The position numbers and the translations under genes were made by a program. From Rhynchobatus australiae (taxonomy: Eukaryota): DNA of 64,000 nucleotides. The notes under the pieces are model-generated. The model did no database searches, had not been told where the DNA came from, and saw only the letters and a program-made list of their open reading frames with translations. The stretch covers positions 674,526-738,525 of the forward strand of contig JAUZTB010000042.1 in NCBI GenBank assembly GCA_034780895.1, given 5' to 3'. Every line of letters starts with the position of its first letter. The stretch's first letter is position 1. Positions 1 through 14,159 of the stretch are shown piece after piece.

Positions 1-1253
1 AGGGACATTAACAACATTTAACAGACACTCGGACGGGTCCGTGGGGGGGGAGGTGCAGAGGGACACGGGCCAGACGCGGGCAGGTGGGACCGGCTGGGGA
101 TCTGGGCAGGAGGGACGGGTTGGGCCAAAGGACCTGTCTCCGTGCTGTGTGACTGTGACTCCAGGGGCTCCCCTAGTGCCCTGTCTCGGGTCCCACGTCC
201 ACCAGCCCTGGTGCCTCTGTTCCTCTCTCTGCAGGGCAAATGTAAGGGCAGGTTACGATCAGTTCCCCAGGGAACCCAATAACACGGTGATCCCTCAATC
301 CCACCTGGTTACCTGGTCGATCCAGGTACCAGACAGAACTTCTTCAGAAATGCTCTGTGTTAATTATAAGTCAGTGGAGGAGAAAGAGTGCAAGAACAAG
401 AGTGGGTCAAGGAAAGGAAAAAGTTTTAGGGGCATGAATTCATTTTACCACAATCACCAAATAAAGTAATCCACAGATCAATATTTACAACCAGTAATGT
501 GCAGTCAAATGATCAAAATTAGTGAATGGATTGAAGAAGCACAAGCTGAGAAGAATGAATAATAAGTTATATTTCTGCTTTACATTGTTATGAATGATGG
601 TTCTCACACTGCATAAGAAACCTATATTAGAGTAAGGATGGCACCTGCAGTATAGCATTGTAACAATACTGTACCTCATTGTATGCTAATCAATACATGT
701 ACACTTCATGGATTAATCACTCTGTTCCATTCGTCCCTCATTGGTCCTCCAACTGAAGATTTCACTGCTTCTTTGACCCCACATCCCTCTCAAGTTCACT
801 ACCAGTTCCCACCATGGAGACAAATGTCTTTACTCTGAAGACGATGAACCTACAGAAGTCTCCACCACATTGGCTGTAAAGGCCAAGTCAGTAGGTTTAC
901 TTAAGAGACAGAGAAATAGATTTCTAGATACAAAAGGCATCAAGGGGTGTGAGGAGAGAATAATATGGTATTGGTATGGGGGATCATATTGAACAGTGGA
1001 GCTGGCTTACACCCAATTCTATTCTTCAATGTTTCTATAAAGGTGGCACTGAGGTGAAAGATCAAACACTGTCTTCTTGAGTGGTAGGGCAAGCACAGGT
1101 GACCAGCTCCTGCTTCCAATTATGTCCATAATAATAAAAAAGAAATTCAGCTTTTACAGAAATTTCCTAATTGCCAACTTTTCAGTATCCATTCCCTCAT
1201 TCTTAGCACATTGATCAAAGAGGAAGCAGACGTTAAACTCAAATGTTGTTTAC

Positions 1254-1388
1254 CTGAATGTGGGGCTTCATTTGTTTCCATGTGAGAGAGTGATTAACAC
1301 CTTGATTTAGATAGTTAAGGACTTGCTGTAGCACCCGAGGTGCAATATATTGTTTCTGTCGGTGCTGATCCACCAATTTCAGCAACAC
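1254..1388 (-). CDS. IPO8: Importin-8 coding exon 9 ([45 protein letters not shown]); gene continues beyond window start
   Basis: 135 nt; pyrimidine tract plus TAG acceptor; GTAAAC donor; matches IPO8. Confidence 0.96.
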
Positions 1389-4300
1389 CTAAGAAAAGAG
1401 AACACAATCAATGTCCTGCACACCATTCAACTGGATCTGAGATGTGAAACACAAGCATTATTTTCACTTCAACTGTCTCCTGAGTTTTAGTCTTACAAAA
1501 TATGTTGCACTGCTGAAACATTTGAAATTTGTTACATTTATTTTTAAGTCTCAATGTCATGATCTGAAAGTTATTGTCACCAGCTATCAAATCCCATGGT
1601 CAATGTGTAAAGCTTTAGTACAAAGTCATATGGACCAGGATTTTGTAGAGGATTAAGTGACCTCAAAGCTCTGGGATCTGGATGAGCAAGAAACTATTCC
1701 AAAAGTTTGTATCCAAGAAACTATCCATGGAGCCTCATTTGAACAACATTCAAGAACCGATTTGGGCTTGATTACAATTGCCCATGCAGCTGAACTGTTG
1801 CAAATGTTTAGGCCGTGATTTTGAACTTATGCCAGCAGATAAAAAAGGCACAAACTTTTTTTTAAAATGGGAATTTCTTACCCATTCTGAACAGCTTTCT
1901 GTAAAGTATGCTTGGCCATTTTGCACTGAAGCAAGGTGGCTGCAGGACCATAAAACAAGTGAAGCAACTGATCTAAAGTAATTATACTGTGCCACTAAAG
2001 AGGAAGTGAGTAGTGGCAGAAAGGAGACATTGACCTGGTAGATTTCTGTAGATAATACCAACCCTTTGATGCTATCACCGGATATTGTGCATGACAGACA
2101 GCAATGGAGGATGGAAGGCAGCTGCATTGGTGGAGGAGAAGTGGAAGGGAGACCTCAGAGTGTGTGCAAGTTGGGAAACAATTAAGATAACTAAATATTG
2201 CTACAAGATATGAACTGCTTTGCATTTCACAATAAATCAGCTCAACCCAACTGTGGTAAAATGCTAGCCAACAGCAAGTTCAAGTTATGGTACATCATGG
2301 TATACTGGACAGTCAATACCTTGTGCCAGTATCCGTACTATGGTCTGGCTAGATTGCCCAACTTGAATGAGTGGCAAAGAACTACATCAACATCAGATAT
2401 GATTCTCTAAAGGAAATTACTTGGAGAAAAAAGTAACCTGCTGAATAGATGGGGAGGTTGTAAAAACTGTCAATTCTACTCAAAATTAATGCAGTCAGTA
2501 TCTGTTGTTATGTCCAATTTACAGCACACAAAACTTGCCAATTCTGCATGTTCCAACTCGCACTCCTCCACTCTCTCACCCATCATCCAATCCCATGATC
2601 ATACTCCTTTCTCCCTCAATTCTACTATTTAATAAGGTTAAAGCAGATTCCATATCAGATTCATTAATGGCCATCTTATTTTATGATGACACATAATTTA
2701 GTTCTCCCCAAAAAAAGGAAACACCTTCTTTGCATTTATCCTTTCAAGCCCTTCTGTAATTTTAAAGCATTCTCTCAGGTGACCTGCCATCCTTCTCTTT
2801 TCAAGAGAAAAGTCTTTTTGTTCATGGATTTACCCTCTCAGTTTATGGTAACATTTTTTAAAATCTTTCTTGCACTTTCTCCGGTGCTTCAGTTTAACTT
2901 TTTTTTTCATTTTCTGTACATGAATACAGCTTCACAAACTTGAACAAAGTCTGAGCCAAACTGATCCGAGACAAGGCATTCATTATATGAAAGCCAAACA
3001 CAATAGATCCATAGAGAGCAGCAGGGACATCACCCACAGAATATCATCCAGTACATGTCTGCCCAACCGTTGCTCAGTATAAAGCAATATGCAAAAAACT
3101 TGAACAACAGAGCTTTACCACACAGAATGTATACGTGAGAGATCACAAGGTCATTTTATCCCAAAAGCAAATGATCTGTGAGGCACCTGCTGCACTACAA
3201 AGATTGTTCCAACTCCACAACTTGTTTGCAATAGAATAGCTTTTTGCCCCGTGACCACTCAGGAGTGAAGTTGTGTAACCTGTGCACTGGTTAGAGACTC
3301 TATACATAAACAAACATATTGCCATGTACATAAATCACGTCAACAGTCACTGCAGCTAAACAGAAACAGACACAGCAGGGTGCAAAACCGGGAGAATATT
3401 TTTCTGGGATTTTGATTTGATGATCAGCTCGGAAGCAAAGACCCTGTCATAGGAACAATGTTCTATGCATTTAGTAGTGAATCAAAAATACAAGGCAAGG
3501 TCTTATGTATGTTACTTATCACTGTGCTTTTGATCAGACTTGATATAAAATTATTTATCTATAACAACAATTATGTCAATTCATATAGCACTTTAGCATT
3601 GTCAAACAAGCCAAAATGATTCACAAGAGTGTTATCAAACCAAGGCACAGAAGGATACAAGGACAGATGACCAAAAGCTTGTTCAGAGTGGAAGGTTGAA
3701 GGGAATGTCTTAAGACTAACAGAGGAGCAGAGAGTTCTTTCGAAATTCTGAAGTGCATAGCCTTGGTTGTTCTCAATTGATCTCTAAACTAAGCAATTGC
3801 TTATTCTTAATGATATCCCCCACGTCAATGTATGCTTTCCTCCCTCCCTTATCTGTAATTCCCCCTTTTTTTTTCAAATCTTGTCTTCATAACCCTGTAT
3901 ATTTAATGAAATTTTGCATCACCTTGTTATACATTTTTCTCCTGTATATCTTCCTTCCTGGCACTAACTTCTCCACCTTCCAACTACACTTAATATACTT
4001 ACCCTACTGTATGTGTTTGGATCTCCTAAGGCACTTTAACCCTTTGAGATATCTCTTCTATCTATGGTCTGTTTATGATTCGTGAATTGTGAACCTCTAC
4101 CAGTGGCAAACATGCATTTAACTATATGCACTCCTGAATTTCCTTAGAGCTCTCAGTTCCTCGTTTAGTCTTAAGACATTCCTTTCAACCTACCACTCTG
4201 AACAAACTTTTGGTCATCTGCCCTTGTATCCTTCTGTGCCTTGGCTTGATAACACTCTTGTGAATCAGTTTGGCTTGTCTTGCAGTGCTAAAGTGCCAAC

Positions 4301-4944
4301 TAGAATGAGCTTCACAATTTCTTCCCCAGGGAATCAAGTGATAACATGAGTGTTAAGATGCTGATGGTTTTAAAAATGCATTAATTCAGTGTTGCATGCC
4401 AGGCCAATGAATGTTTTATTTGAGGACATACTACTGCAAAATTTGGTTCACAAGAATCACCCTATACACAGCCTTTTCTCAGTATGCTGCTTAATTAGCA
4501 AGTTCCAGTGAACTGCAGGTCCAGGGTGCAGAAGGGGATAGAGAGATTATCATTGATTGGGGGTGAAGGAGAAACATCCACAATCCTCTGGGGTGCAGAA
4601 TTCTGAAGATTCACAAACCTTGAAGGAATTCGTCAGCCTCCCAGACCTAACTCGTCGATACCCTATCCTTAGAACATCACCACTAGATCTTAACCTTCCA
4701 GATGAAAGAAATAACCTCTCGAATCTGCCCTGCAAAGCCCATGCCTAATGAAAAAAAGATTTATCACTCACGTGCATTTGATTTTCCTTCACAGAACAGA
4801 CAAGCAAACCAGTTACTTGTTCAATCAAGAAATGGCAAATAACTTTCTTGAACATGATTATATAACATTTTAAAACTTAATGAAGGTTCTTTTCTTAACA
4901 AGCTCCCCAGTAGCCTTGCGGATAAAAGTAGAACCCAGTGAGAT

Positions 4945-5355
4945 ACTTGCTCAATTGACAGCACGCAAGTCTGAGTCAGAAGGTTATGATGTTAAACTCT
5001 AAATAAGAGGCTAAGCACATGTAAAGTGGCACTCATGTAGTACTGGGGGAATGACGGTTTGTGAACAAGTGTGCACCTTCAAATAAAACATGAAAAACTG
5101 ATAGCCTATCCATTTGTTCCACTTAAAGTAAAACATACTATTTGCTATTAATTGAAGAGCAGGGAGTTCTCCCCATGACATGGTCAACAATTCCTCTCAC
5201 AACTAACAGCATTAAAGCAGATTAACAGATCATTTATCACATAACTATCTGCGAGAGGATGTTAATACAGAATTGCTGCTGTGCCACTGCAATCCAGAAA
5301 TTATTTGAGGTGTGAAGTACTTTGGGGCTCGTAGAAAAAGCAAATGTTATTTTTC
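4945..5355 (+). mobile_element. Ancient DeuSINE (SacSINE1-like)
   Basis: tRNA-like head (tctgagtcagaaggtt) and Deu-domain-like gaagagcagggagttctcccc...aaagcagattaacagatcatttatcacat; a partial minus-strand copy lies near 44410-44640. Confidence 0.6.
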
Positions 5356-5455
5356 GGTTTAATGCAGATAATGGCTCAATAATGCAAAAGTGGTTAATGT
5401 ACCAATTCTGCAAAGCTGATAATGAACAACTCAAAATTCCACTTCAAAGCACTCA

Positions 5456-5569
<114 letters not shown>

Positions 5570-6143
5570 TTAAAAAAGTAATGGTCAAGTTATATAACAA
5601 AAAATAACAAATGAATTTAAATAGGCATCAAGCTAAGTACAAACACTCTGTTAGTTGCATTTATCTCTTTTTTTTCCCAAATCTTTTTATTAGTTTTCAA
5701 ATTAATACAGATTAATATACAACATCAATGTTTGTACATGTATTACAAAGAGATCAGGATAACAATCATGGCATAGATAATCATNNNNNNNNNNNNNNNN
5801 NNNNNNNNNNNNNNNNNNNNNNNNNNNNNNNNNNNNNNNNNNNNNNNNNNNNNNNNNNNNNNNNNNNNNNNNNNNNNNNNNNNNNNNNNNNNNNNNNNNN
5901 NNNNNNNNNNNNNNNNNNNNNNNNNNNNNNNNNNNNNNNNNNNNNNNNNNNNNNNNNNNNNNNNNNNNNNNNNNNNNNNNNNNNNNNNNNNNNNNNNNNN
6001 NNNNNNNNNNNNNNNNNNNNNNNNNNNNNNNNNNNNNNNNNNNNNNNNNNNNNNNNNNNNNNNNNNNNNNNNNNNNNNNNNNNNNNNNNNNNNNNNNNNN
6101 NNNNNNNNNNNNNNNNNNNNNNNNNNNNNNNNNNNNNNNNNNN

Positions 6144-6337
6144 NCAAGTCCGCGCCACCCATTTTAAACCCATGTTAACCTACCCGTACGTCTTTGGAAT
6201 GTGGGAGGAAACCGGAGCACCCAGAGGAAACCCATGCAGACATGGGAGAACATACTAACTCCTTACAGACAGCAACGGGAATCGAACCCCGATCGCTGGC
6301 ACTGTAATAGCGCCACACTAACCGCTACACTACCATG
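6144..6337 (-). mobile_element. V-SINE 5' half
   Basis: Reverse complement has the tRNA head (tggtagtgtagcggttag...ggttcgattcc) and the V core. Confidence 0.8.
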
Positions 6338-7134
6338 AGAAAATAGGTGGAGGCTCGAGTGAAATATAAACACTAGTATAGACTAGTTGGGGCATGATCT
6401 ATTTCTGTAACATACATCCTATGTAATCCTATATAATCCCACGTAGATAACTTCATGGAAAAGATATAATGAATGTTCAATCTTGCCCACGCTTTTGATA
6501 ACTTTATTCAGTCGATTTTGGACTTCAAAAAGGAAATTATACCAACTCTCAGACAATGAAGTAACCAAACCTGCAAAATAATTATCAGTGGAAATAATTC
6601 CAGGTCTATAAAGCTGTTGAGACAAACACCTTCAAAAGCAGCAGGATGACACAGTATACAGCTGAGGCCTGTTAACCAGGCAGATCCCAAGCCGAATCAC
6701 ATCTTATGTTCAGGCAATTGATCTCAGCGGGAAAGAAGGCAAATACACTCCAAATCATTTAGATGCAACTTGATAATTCTTACTTCAGATCACTCTTCAA
6801 CAGCCACCATATGTACAGAAATTGGAAGAGTAATCCCTCAGCTACCACTCTTTCTGTACTCATGAAAATAACTGGCAACAATCAACAATCACACCTAAAA
6901 ACTGTCACGAGTAAAATGCCTTAGAAAGTATCTGGCCCACAAGGTGGCATGCTCCATCAAAAAAAAATCAATGTTGTCAGAAGGTCAAGCAGGAAGTCTA
7001 GAGGATACTTTTGCTCTTTGAAATACTCTTGACCTCACATTCTACCTTGTTTGACCTTGCACCTTATTATCTACCTGCAATGCACTTCCCTCCAGATGTA
7101 ACACTTTACTCTGTATTCTGTGTATTCAGTACAT

Positions 7135-7725
7135 TCATTCCAAAGAAAGTATGTCCTTCCTTGTGTACGGAGAGCAAAACTGCACACAGTGCTCCAGGTG
7201 AGATCTCATCAAAGCTCCAAATTCCCTTTTGTACTCCAATCCCTGTGCAATCAGGGCTAACATGTCACTTGCCTTCCTAGTTGTTTCCTGCTTTTCTTTC
7301 TGCATCTTACAGACTAGCTCACAAAGTCTTCTGCCTTTTGACCAACGGTCTGTCCCTGCTAATATGTTACCCCCCAACTCCGTGAGTCCTTACTTGATGT
7401 AACAACCTTTTACTACATTCATAGGTTCCCACTTTCCTTTCACCACCCCTGCTACTCTGTAGTCGCCTCAAAAAATGTAAGACATTTAAAAAACATACTG
7501 ATTCTGCATACTCGCATTGTAATTTTCTAACTCCCCAGTTACTACATCCTCAGTGATGGATTCCAATGTTTTGCCAATAGACATCAACCAAAATGGACTA
7601 AGCTTCATATATCTTCTCTCATTATAGCCTTGGTTTTCCTCCATCTCTGCTGCATTTATTGTGCCTTCTATGCTGAAGATAGATACAAAATATTTGTTTA
7701 ATGTCTCAGGCATTTGTTTGTTCAT
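7135..7725 (-). mobile_element. Highly deleted CR1 fragments
   Basis: MPETLNKYFVSIF and HLEHCVQFCSPYTRKDIL remnants. Confidence 0.7.
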
Positions 7726-8299
7726 GGTATTTTACTTCACAATGGAATTTGTATCTGTTGGGAATTTTGAAATATTTCATTAAAACTTTATTATTTTCCT
7801 ACTAGTGAACCTCTTCATCTAATTTACTAATCTACTGCTGATGTGTCTCTTTCTAGAACTGGATATAAAATTCTATCATTCTATGACCACATTTCCCTAC
7901 TATGAGATTACTAATGAGCTCTGCCTCATTGCATTAGCTATGTTCTTAGACACTGTTCCCTAGTTTCCATCTGTAACAATATGCCATAAGAACTGCTTTN
8001 NNNNNNNNNNNNNNNNNNNNNNNNNNNNNNNNNNNNNNNNNNNNNNNNNNNNNNNNNNNNNNNNNNNNNNNNNNNNNNNNNNNNNNNNNNNNNNNNNNNN
8101 NNNNNNNNNNNNNNNNNNNNNNNNNNNNNNNNNNNTAACCAATGAGGTTTAACAAGGTAAAAGATACATACCAAAATCCTGGAAAGAAATGCCATGGCTT
8201 CCATAGCTATATGCCTTGTACTCAGTCTCGCTTGGTCTCTATTCAAGCATTCCCTTTGTTCTCAACACTTCTCTCTTTAAAGCATCTTTGTTTTCTAAC

Positions 8300-8445
8300 A
8301 ATTCCTAGTTCTGATGAAAGATCCTGACCCTGAAACATTAACTTTCTCTGTCTTTTGACTGACACTGCCTGACCTGCTGAATATTTCCATCATTTTCTAT
8401 TTTTATTTCAGATACTCAGCATATACAGTTTTTTGCTTTTTGATT
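8300..8445 (+). mobile_element. Penelope-terminus-like repeat with hammerhead-like core
   Basis: agtt CTGATGA ... GAAA ca tt aact followed by the family tail ctgcctgacctgctga...tttcagat. Confidence 0.7.
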
Positions 8446-9205
8446 ACAGGTACTGGTTTCATTTAAGTGATGGTTGATTGGTCAGTCATTTGCAATGCTT
8501 TTGATTCACACTGAGATGTTAATATTGGATTTCAGCATGGTTTTGAAATAAAAGGTCCCATCTCATCAACTCAATCAAATTCTTTAATGAAATTACAACA
8601 TTGGTGGAAATTGAATGTTCAGTCAATGCGTGTACCTGGAATTTCAAGAAGTCCTTAATAAATTACTACTTGAAAGGGATTGGGCAAATTGCCATGGAAA
8701 CAATGTGAAACTGAGCAATGAAAACTGACATTATGTCGAGCTTGAATCTATATTTAAATTGTACAAGGTTTGCAGTTATAAAGGTTATCCTATGATACCA
8801 TATCTCCTTTGATTCGCAACTGTTATAAAGAAGAAAATTTATAGCAAAGGTTTCAGTGACCTCTTGAGATCTCTGTATTACCTTGGCTGGGAGGAATTTC
8901 AGCGAGTTATCTTCTTAAATCAATTAAAGGTGTTTTGCTTAACTAATCGAAGGAATGGTGTGATTGTAGGAATGGGGAACGATGTCAATTGTGTGTTGGT
9001 ACTCCCTGCTGGATAGGGGGGTGCTGCAGAGACATCAGTGGAAATTTTCCTTTGTCATACATTTGACTGAAACACAACTATTGATGATTTCATCTCAAGT
9101 TAAACCATAACAGGGANNNNNNNNNNNNNNNNNNNNNNNNNNNNNNNNACAATCAACACAGGCTCAAAATAGCAAAAGGCTATTCTGGAGCAGTCTATTA
9201 TATCA

Positions 9206-9421
<216 letters not shown>

Positions 9422-10288
9422 TTAATCTCATCCACTGCACTGCACATAGCATATTGCCTCAATAACATTGTTATTAAACGAGAACACACCAAATGGCACT
9501 GCAAACTTTCACAGCACTCAACTTTCAATCTCATACAGATTAATATACTATTTCAAGCTGTGATATTTCTCAGTTCTTTAGTTTTTGACTGATATTAAAT
9601 ATTACATCATCACTACATTTGTGGGATTATAATGTTGTTGTCACAAGAGTTATTAACAAAATGATTCTATAAGAAAACTATAATTAGAGGAAAATACTTT
9701 AACATTGTGAAATATATGCGACTCATCGTATGCTTCTTGTAATCTCAGCAGTGGTAACCCTACCACTATTAATACTTTATCTCAATAGATGCTAAATGGT
9801 CTAGTCTTGCTTGTACATTCTGAGAGTGGTGTTGTGATGAAGAAAGCTCAAAAAAACATTTTGCAAGCACAATCCAGATTGGGAAACAATGTCCATAACT
9901 GTACTGTTGCGTGAAAAATTAGATGCAGCTTGAACACTTCACAAGCTCAANNNNNNNNNNNNNNNNNNNNNNNNNNNNNNNNNNNNNNNNNNNNNNNNNN
10001 NNNNNNNNNNNNNNNNNNNNNNNNNNNNNNNNNNNNNNNNNNNNNNNNNNGAACACTTCACAAGCTCAACATTATACTTCATGCTAATCCCACTCTGGGC
10101 CAATACGCTATCGGCATTACAGGCTGTCCAGCTAGTTCCACCACTCAGTGAGATGTGTCACCAAACTCTACATCCCTGCCTTTTCATCAAATCCATTAAA
10201 AGCTTTTAGTAACAGAAACTATCAATTTTAGATTTAAAATATCTGACCACCTCAATTGTTGGAAGAAGTCAGTTCCAAACTTGTATCA

Positions 10289-10518
10289 ATACGTAAAGAG
10301 TGCTGGAGGAACTCAGCAGGTCAACAGCATCTGTGGAGGAAAATAAACAGGTGACGTTTCAGGCCCAAGACCCTTCACCTCGGCTGTCCTGATAAAGGCT
10401 CTCGGCCCGAACCATCGACTGTTTATTTCCCTCCATTGATGCTGCCTGACCTGCTGAGTTCCTCCAGCACTTCTTGTGTATTGCTCCAGGTTCCAGCATC
10501 TGCAGAATTTCTTGCGTC
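10289..10518. mobile_element. Fold-back non-autonomous element built from inverted Penelope-type termini, 15-bp TSD
   Basis: Inverted arms at about 10300-10378 and 10390-10470; TCCAAACTTGTATCA at both 10274-10288 and 10519-10533. Confidence 0.85.
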
Positions 10519-12319
10519 TCCAAACTTGTATCATCGTTTTCGTTTTAACTTCACTCCTGGAAGGCCTCGTTCTTCCAAAAGAAATAGTTTCTCCCTAATT
10601 ACTTCATTAAATCTCTTTAAAATCTTAAAAAAAGACACATCACTTGCTAATCGTCTAAACTTCAAGGAATGCAATCTTTGTTTGCATTACCTCTCGTAAT
10701 TTAATCCCCAGAGTTCAGGTATCGTTCTAGTAAATCTATTCTGTATTCGCACCAAGCCAAAATATTCTTTTCTTGACAAGGTGCCCACAATAGAGGGACG
10801 ATCTTCTGCCTATGTATGCCAGAATCTGCATCCTCTCCATTATGCCACATGTGCTTTTTTTTAAATATATATGTGATTTAACTCTGATGCTTTAAATGTA
10901 CTCAATTGTTCAGTAAGAGCATGCGTGTTTGAATCAATAATTTTTTTTAACGGATATTTCTTGGATATTCTTGAATGTCAGTTAATGCCAAATACATTTA
11001 CAAATACTCAGTTTCAGCGACACTTTACAGCTGGTGGCCTGGACACACAGCCTCACTCCACGTGAAATCACTTCCAGGAGTGCAGCCACCCACTAATGCT
11101 GGGAGAGGCTCTACAGTGTACTATGCTAATGTTACAAGACCTGGCCTCCTCACAGATGACTGTGTCTGAAACAGTGTAATCCAAAAGGACTGGTGGTCAA
11201 TAATCTTCAGACAGTGGAAAATCAACCCCAGCACAAAAGGTATGGTCCAACCAGGAATTTGATTGATGCATCATGACTTCTACCCCCCTTCTGGTCTTTC
11301 TGATGAAAAATTAATGAAATCTTGATCCTTCTGGGGTTTTCTGTAGCTATACTTGATTTTTTTTTAATGATCATAGTCCATTACCTTCTGATTAAGAGCA
11401 AAATCTTTGGCTCTCCCTTTCACCTTTCACAAAATATACAAAGTAGTCTGACCTCTCTTTTATGGTGCCAAGTTAACTGCCTCACATAAACCTACACCAA
11501 AATTCATTTGTTACAGTTTTGTCCATTCATTAAATCTATTAATATCTCTGTCATTTTATACATCCATCAATACCTCTCCCCACCATGGCGTCATCGACAA
11601 ACCTGGATATATGACCTACTGTCTAATCACAGAAATAGAATTAGAAATTTATAGCACAGTAGAATTCCAAGCGCAAACAACGCATTTTCCATCTTGGAGC
11701 CTTGCAGCTTAACGGCATGAACATTGAATTCTCCCACTTTATGTAAACCACCCCCNNNNNNNNNNNNNNNNNNNNNNNNNNNNNNNNNNNNNNNNNNNNN
11801 NNNNNNNNNNNNNNNNNNNNNNNNNNNNNNNNNNNNNNNNNNNNNNNNNNNNNNNNNNNNNNNNNNNNNNNNNNNNNNNNNNNNNNNNNNNNNNNNNNNN
11901 NNNNNNNNNNNNNNNNNNNNNNNNNNNNNNNNNNNNNNNNNNNNNNNNNNNNNNNNNNNNNNNNNNNNNNNNNNNNNNNNNNNNNNNNNNNNNNNNNNNN
12001 NNNNNNNNNNNNNNNNNNNNNNNNNNNNNNNNNNNNNNNNNNNNNNNNNNNNNNNNNNNNNNNNNNNNNNNNNNNNNNNNNNNNNNNNNNNNNNNNNNNN
12101 NNNNNNNNNNNNNNNNNNNNNNNNNNNNNNNNNNNNNNNNNNNNNNNNNNNNNNNNNNNNNNNNNNNNNNNNNNNNNNNNNNNNNNNNNNNNNNNNNNNN
12201 NNNNNNNNNNNNNNNNNNNNTAATATGCTTTGTTTAACCATTTTATCTATGCTGTTATATTCATGAATCTGTGATCATTTACAACAAGATCTCTCCTACC
12301 ATTTATTGTACCATTGATT

Positions 12320-12902
12320 AACATAGAACAGTGCAGCGCAGGAATAGGTCCTTTGACCCACAATGTCTGTGCCAACAGGGTGCCAAATTAAACTAATCCT
12401 ATCTGCCTGTACCTGGCCGATATCCCTCCATTCCCTGCCTGTTCATGTGCCTGTCTAAATGCCTTTTAAACATTGCTATTGTATTTGCCTCCACCACCTC
12501 ACCTGGCAGTGCATTCCAGGCACCTATCACTCTCCTTGTGAAAAAAAAACTTGGTCGAAAATCTCCTTTATATTTTCCCCCCCTCTCATCTTAAACCTAT
12601 GCCCTCTGGTATTTAACATTTCCACAATGAGAAAATTCTCTATCCACCTTATCGCTGCTTCTCATAATTTTATCACTTCTACCAGGTTGTCACTCAGCCT
12701 CCAATGCTCCAAAGAAAACAATCCAAGTTTGTCCAATCTCTCCTTGTAACAAGGACTCTCTAATTCAGGAAACATCCTAGTAAATCTCTTCTGCACCCTC
12801 TCCAAAGCCTCCGCATCTTTCCTGTAATGCAGCAACCTGAACTGCACATCATACTCCAAATGTGGCCGAATTAAAGCTTTATAAAGCTGCAACATGACTT
12901 CC
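12320..12902 (-). mobile_element. CR1 LINE 3' end
   Basis: MLQLYKALIRPHLEY...LERVQKRFTRM plus the 3' UTR. Confidence 0.88.
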
Positions 12903-14159
12903 CAAAATTATCTAAATGAATACAATGTAGTGAACAGTTGTGACCCTGTGATAGATTCCTGTGAAGCACCACTAAATGAAGCTCCGCTAACAATATCCTG
13001 CTAAGTAACACTAATCAAATCCCACCACATTATCCAACCCAATTATCTACCCTCGTGTTCATGAGCTTCTAGTTTAGGTAACAGTCTCAAGTGGGATTTT
13101 ATTCGGAAATATGTATCCTCAGACATTTGTGNNNNNNNNNGTTGTTACCTCATCAGAAAAAAATAATTAATTCAGGTTTTAGGACATGATCGACAATTTA
13201 CTAATTTGTGCTGTCTATTTTCCTCCACTATCACCTATACCTGGAGCCTTACCATTTGCAGATCTTAATTCTAACATAATTTCTACAAACTGAAAAGTAT
13301 CCACATTTCATTGAGTGGCCATAACTGTCGGATCAAGTGACAACATACCTTCTAATTTTGCTTACTTGCTTTTCAGCCATTCAACTATATGGTAGCATAG
13401 CAGTTAAGTTATGCCCCTAAATTGATTGGCTTGCTAGGCCAGTTCAGAGGCAAACACTTTTCTCTGCTCTGGTGTTGCATATAGGTAACACTAGGCAACG
13501 ATGGTGGGTTTCCTTCCCTTAAGGCATTAACAAGCCTAATAGATTTTTTACCATCACTGAGTATAGCTTTCTTATTAAGTTCCAGATTTATTTGTTAATC
13601 AATTTAAATTCCTTAGATACCACGGCAGGTTTTCAACTCCTCATAATTGAGGTTACTATTTTGGTAATTGAACGTTAAGGGATTTGAAGAGGAAATGGTG
13701 ATTTTGGGTGTTATACAAAGCAGTGCATCTTGCAAGTAGATAAGAGATTGGATCCAAAATGAAAGCTTCCCAAATTCAATGAGCAGGCAGTCACGCCAAT
13801 TCAGCCCACATGAACAAGAGTATCAGTCAGGGTAAGTAGAGAGTTTTAAATGAAAGATACTACGAGTAGTCCTTTCAAAGGGGAATTAACATGCTTTAAT
13901 TCTAAAAAGGTGCATTAATAATACTTTAAGCTCAATACCTTTTTAGAAAGTTGAGCACATTCAATTCCAAAAATATCTGTGCATTCCAATGATCATCGTT
14001 TGACTACAGTACGTGCAGTTCCGATACCCATTGCAGAAATAGTATTAAAGATGCACGCAACATGCAGCATGGATTCAACAACTTATTCCTCATATAAATT
14101 CATGGAGTCATTTTGCAAATTAAAAATGCGATGCATCCATGAGATGGTATGGTTGAGAA

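Noticed and set aside
5728-6258. Long ORFs containing X runs, here and at the other gaps
   Set aside because: They are open only because N bases contain no stop codons
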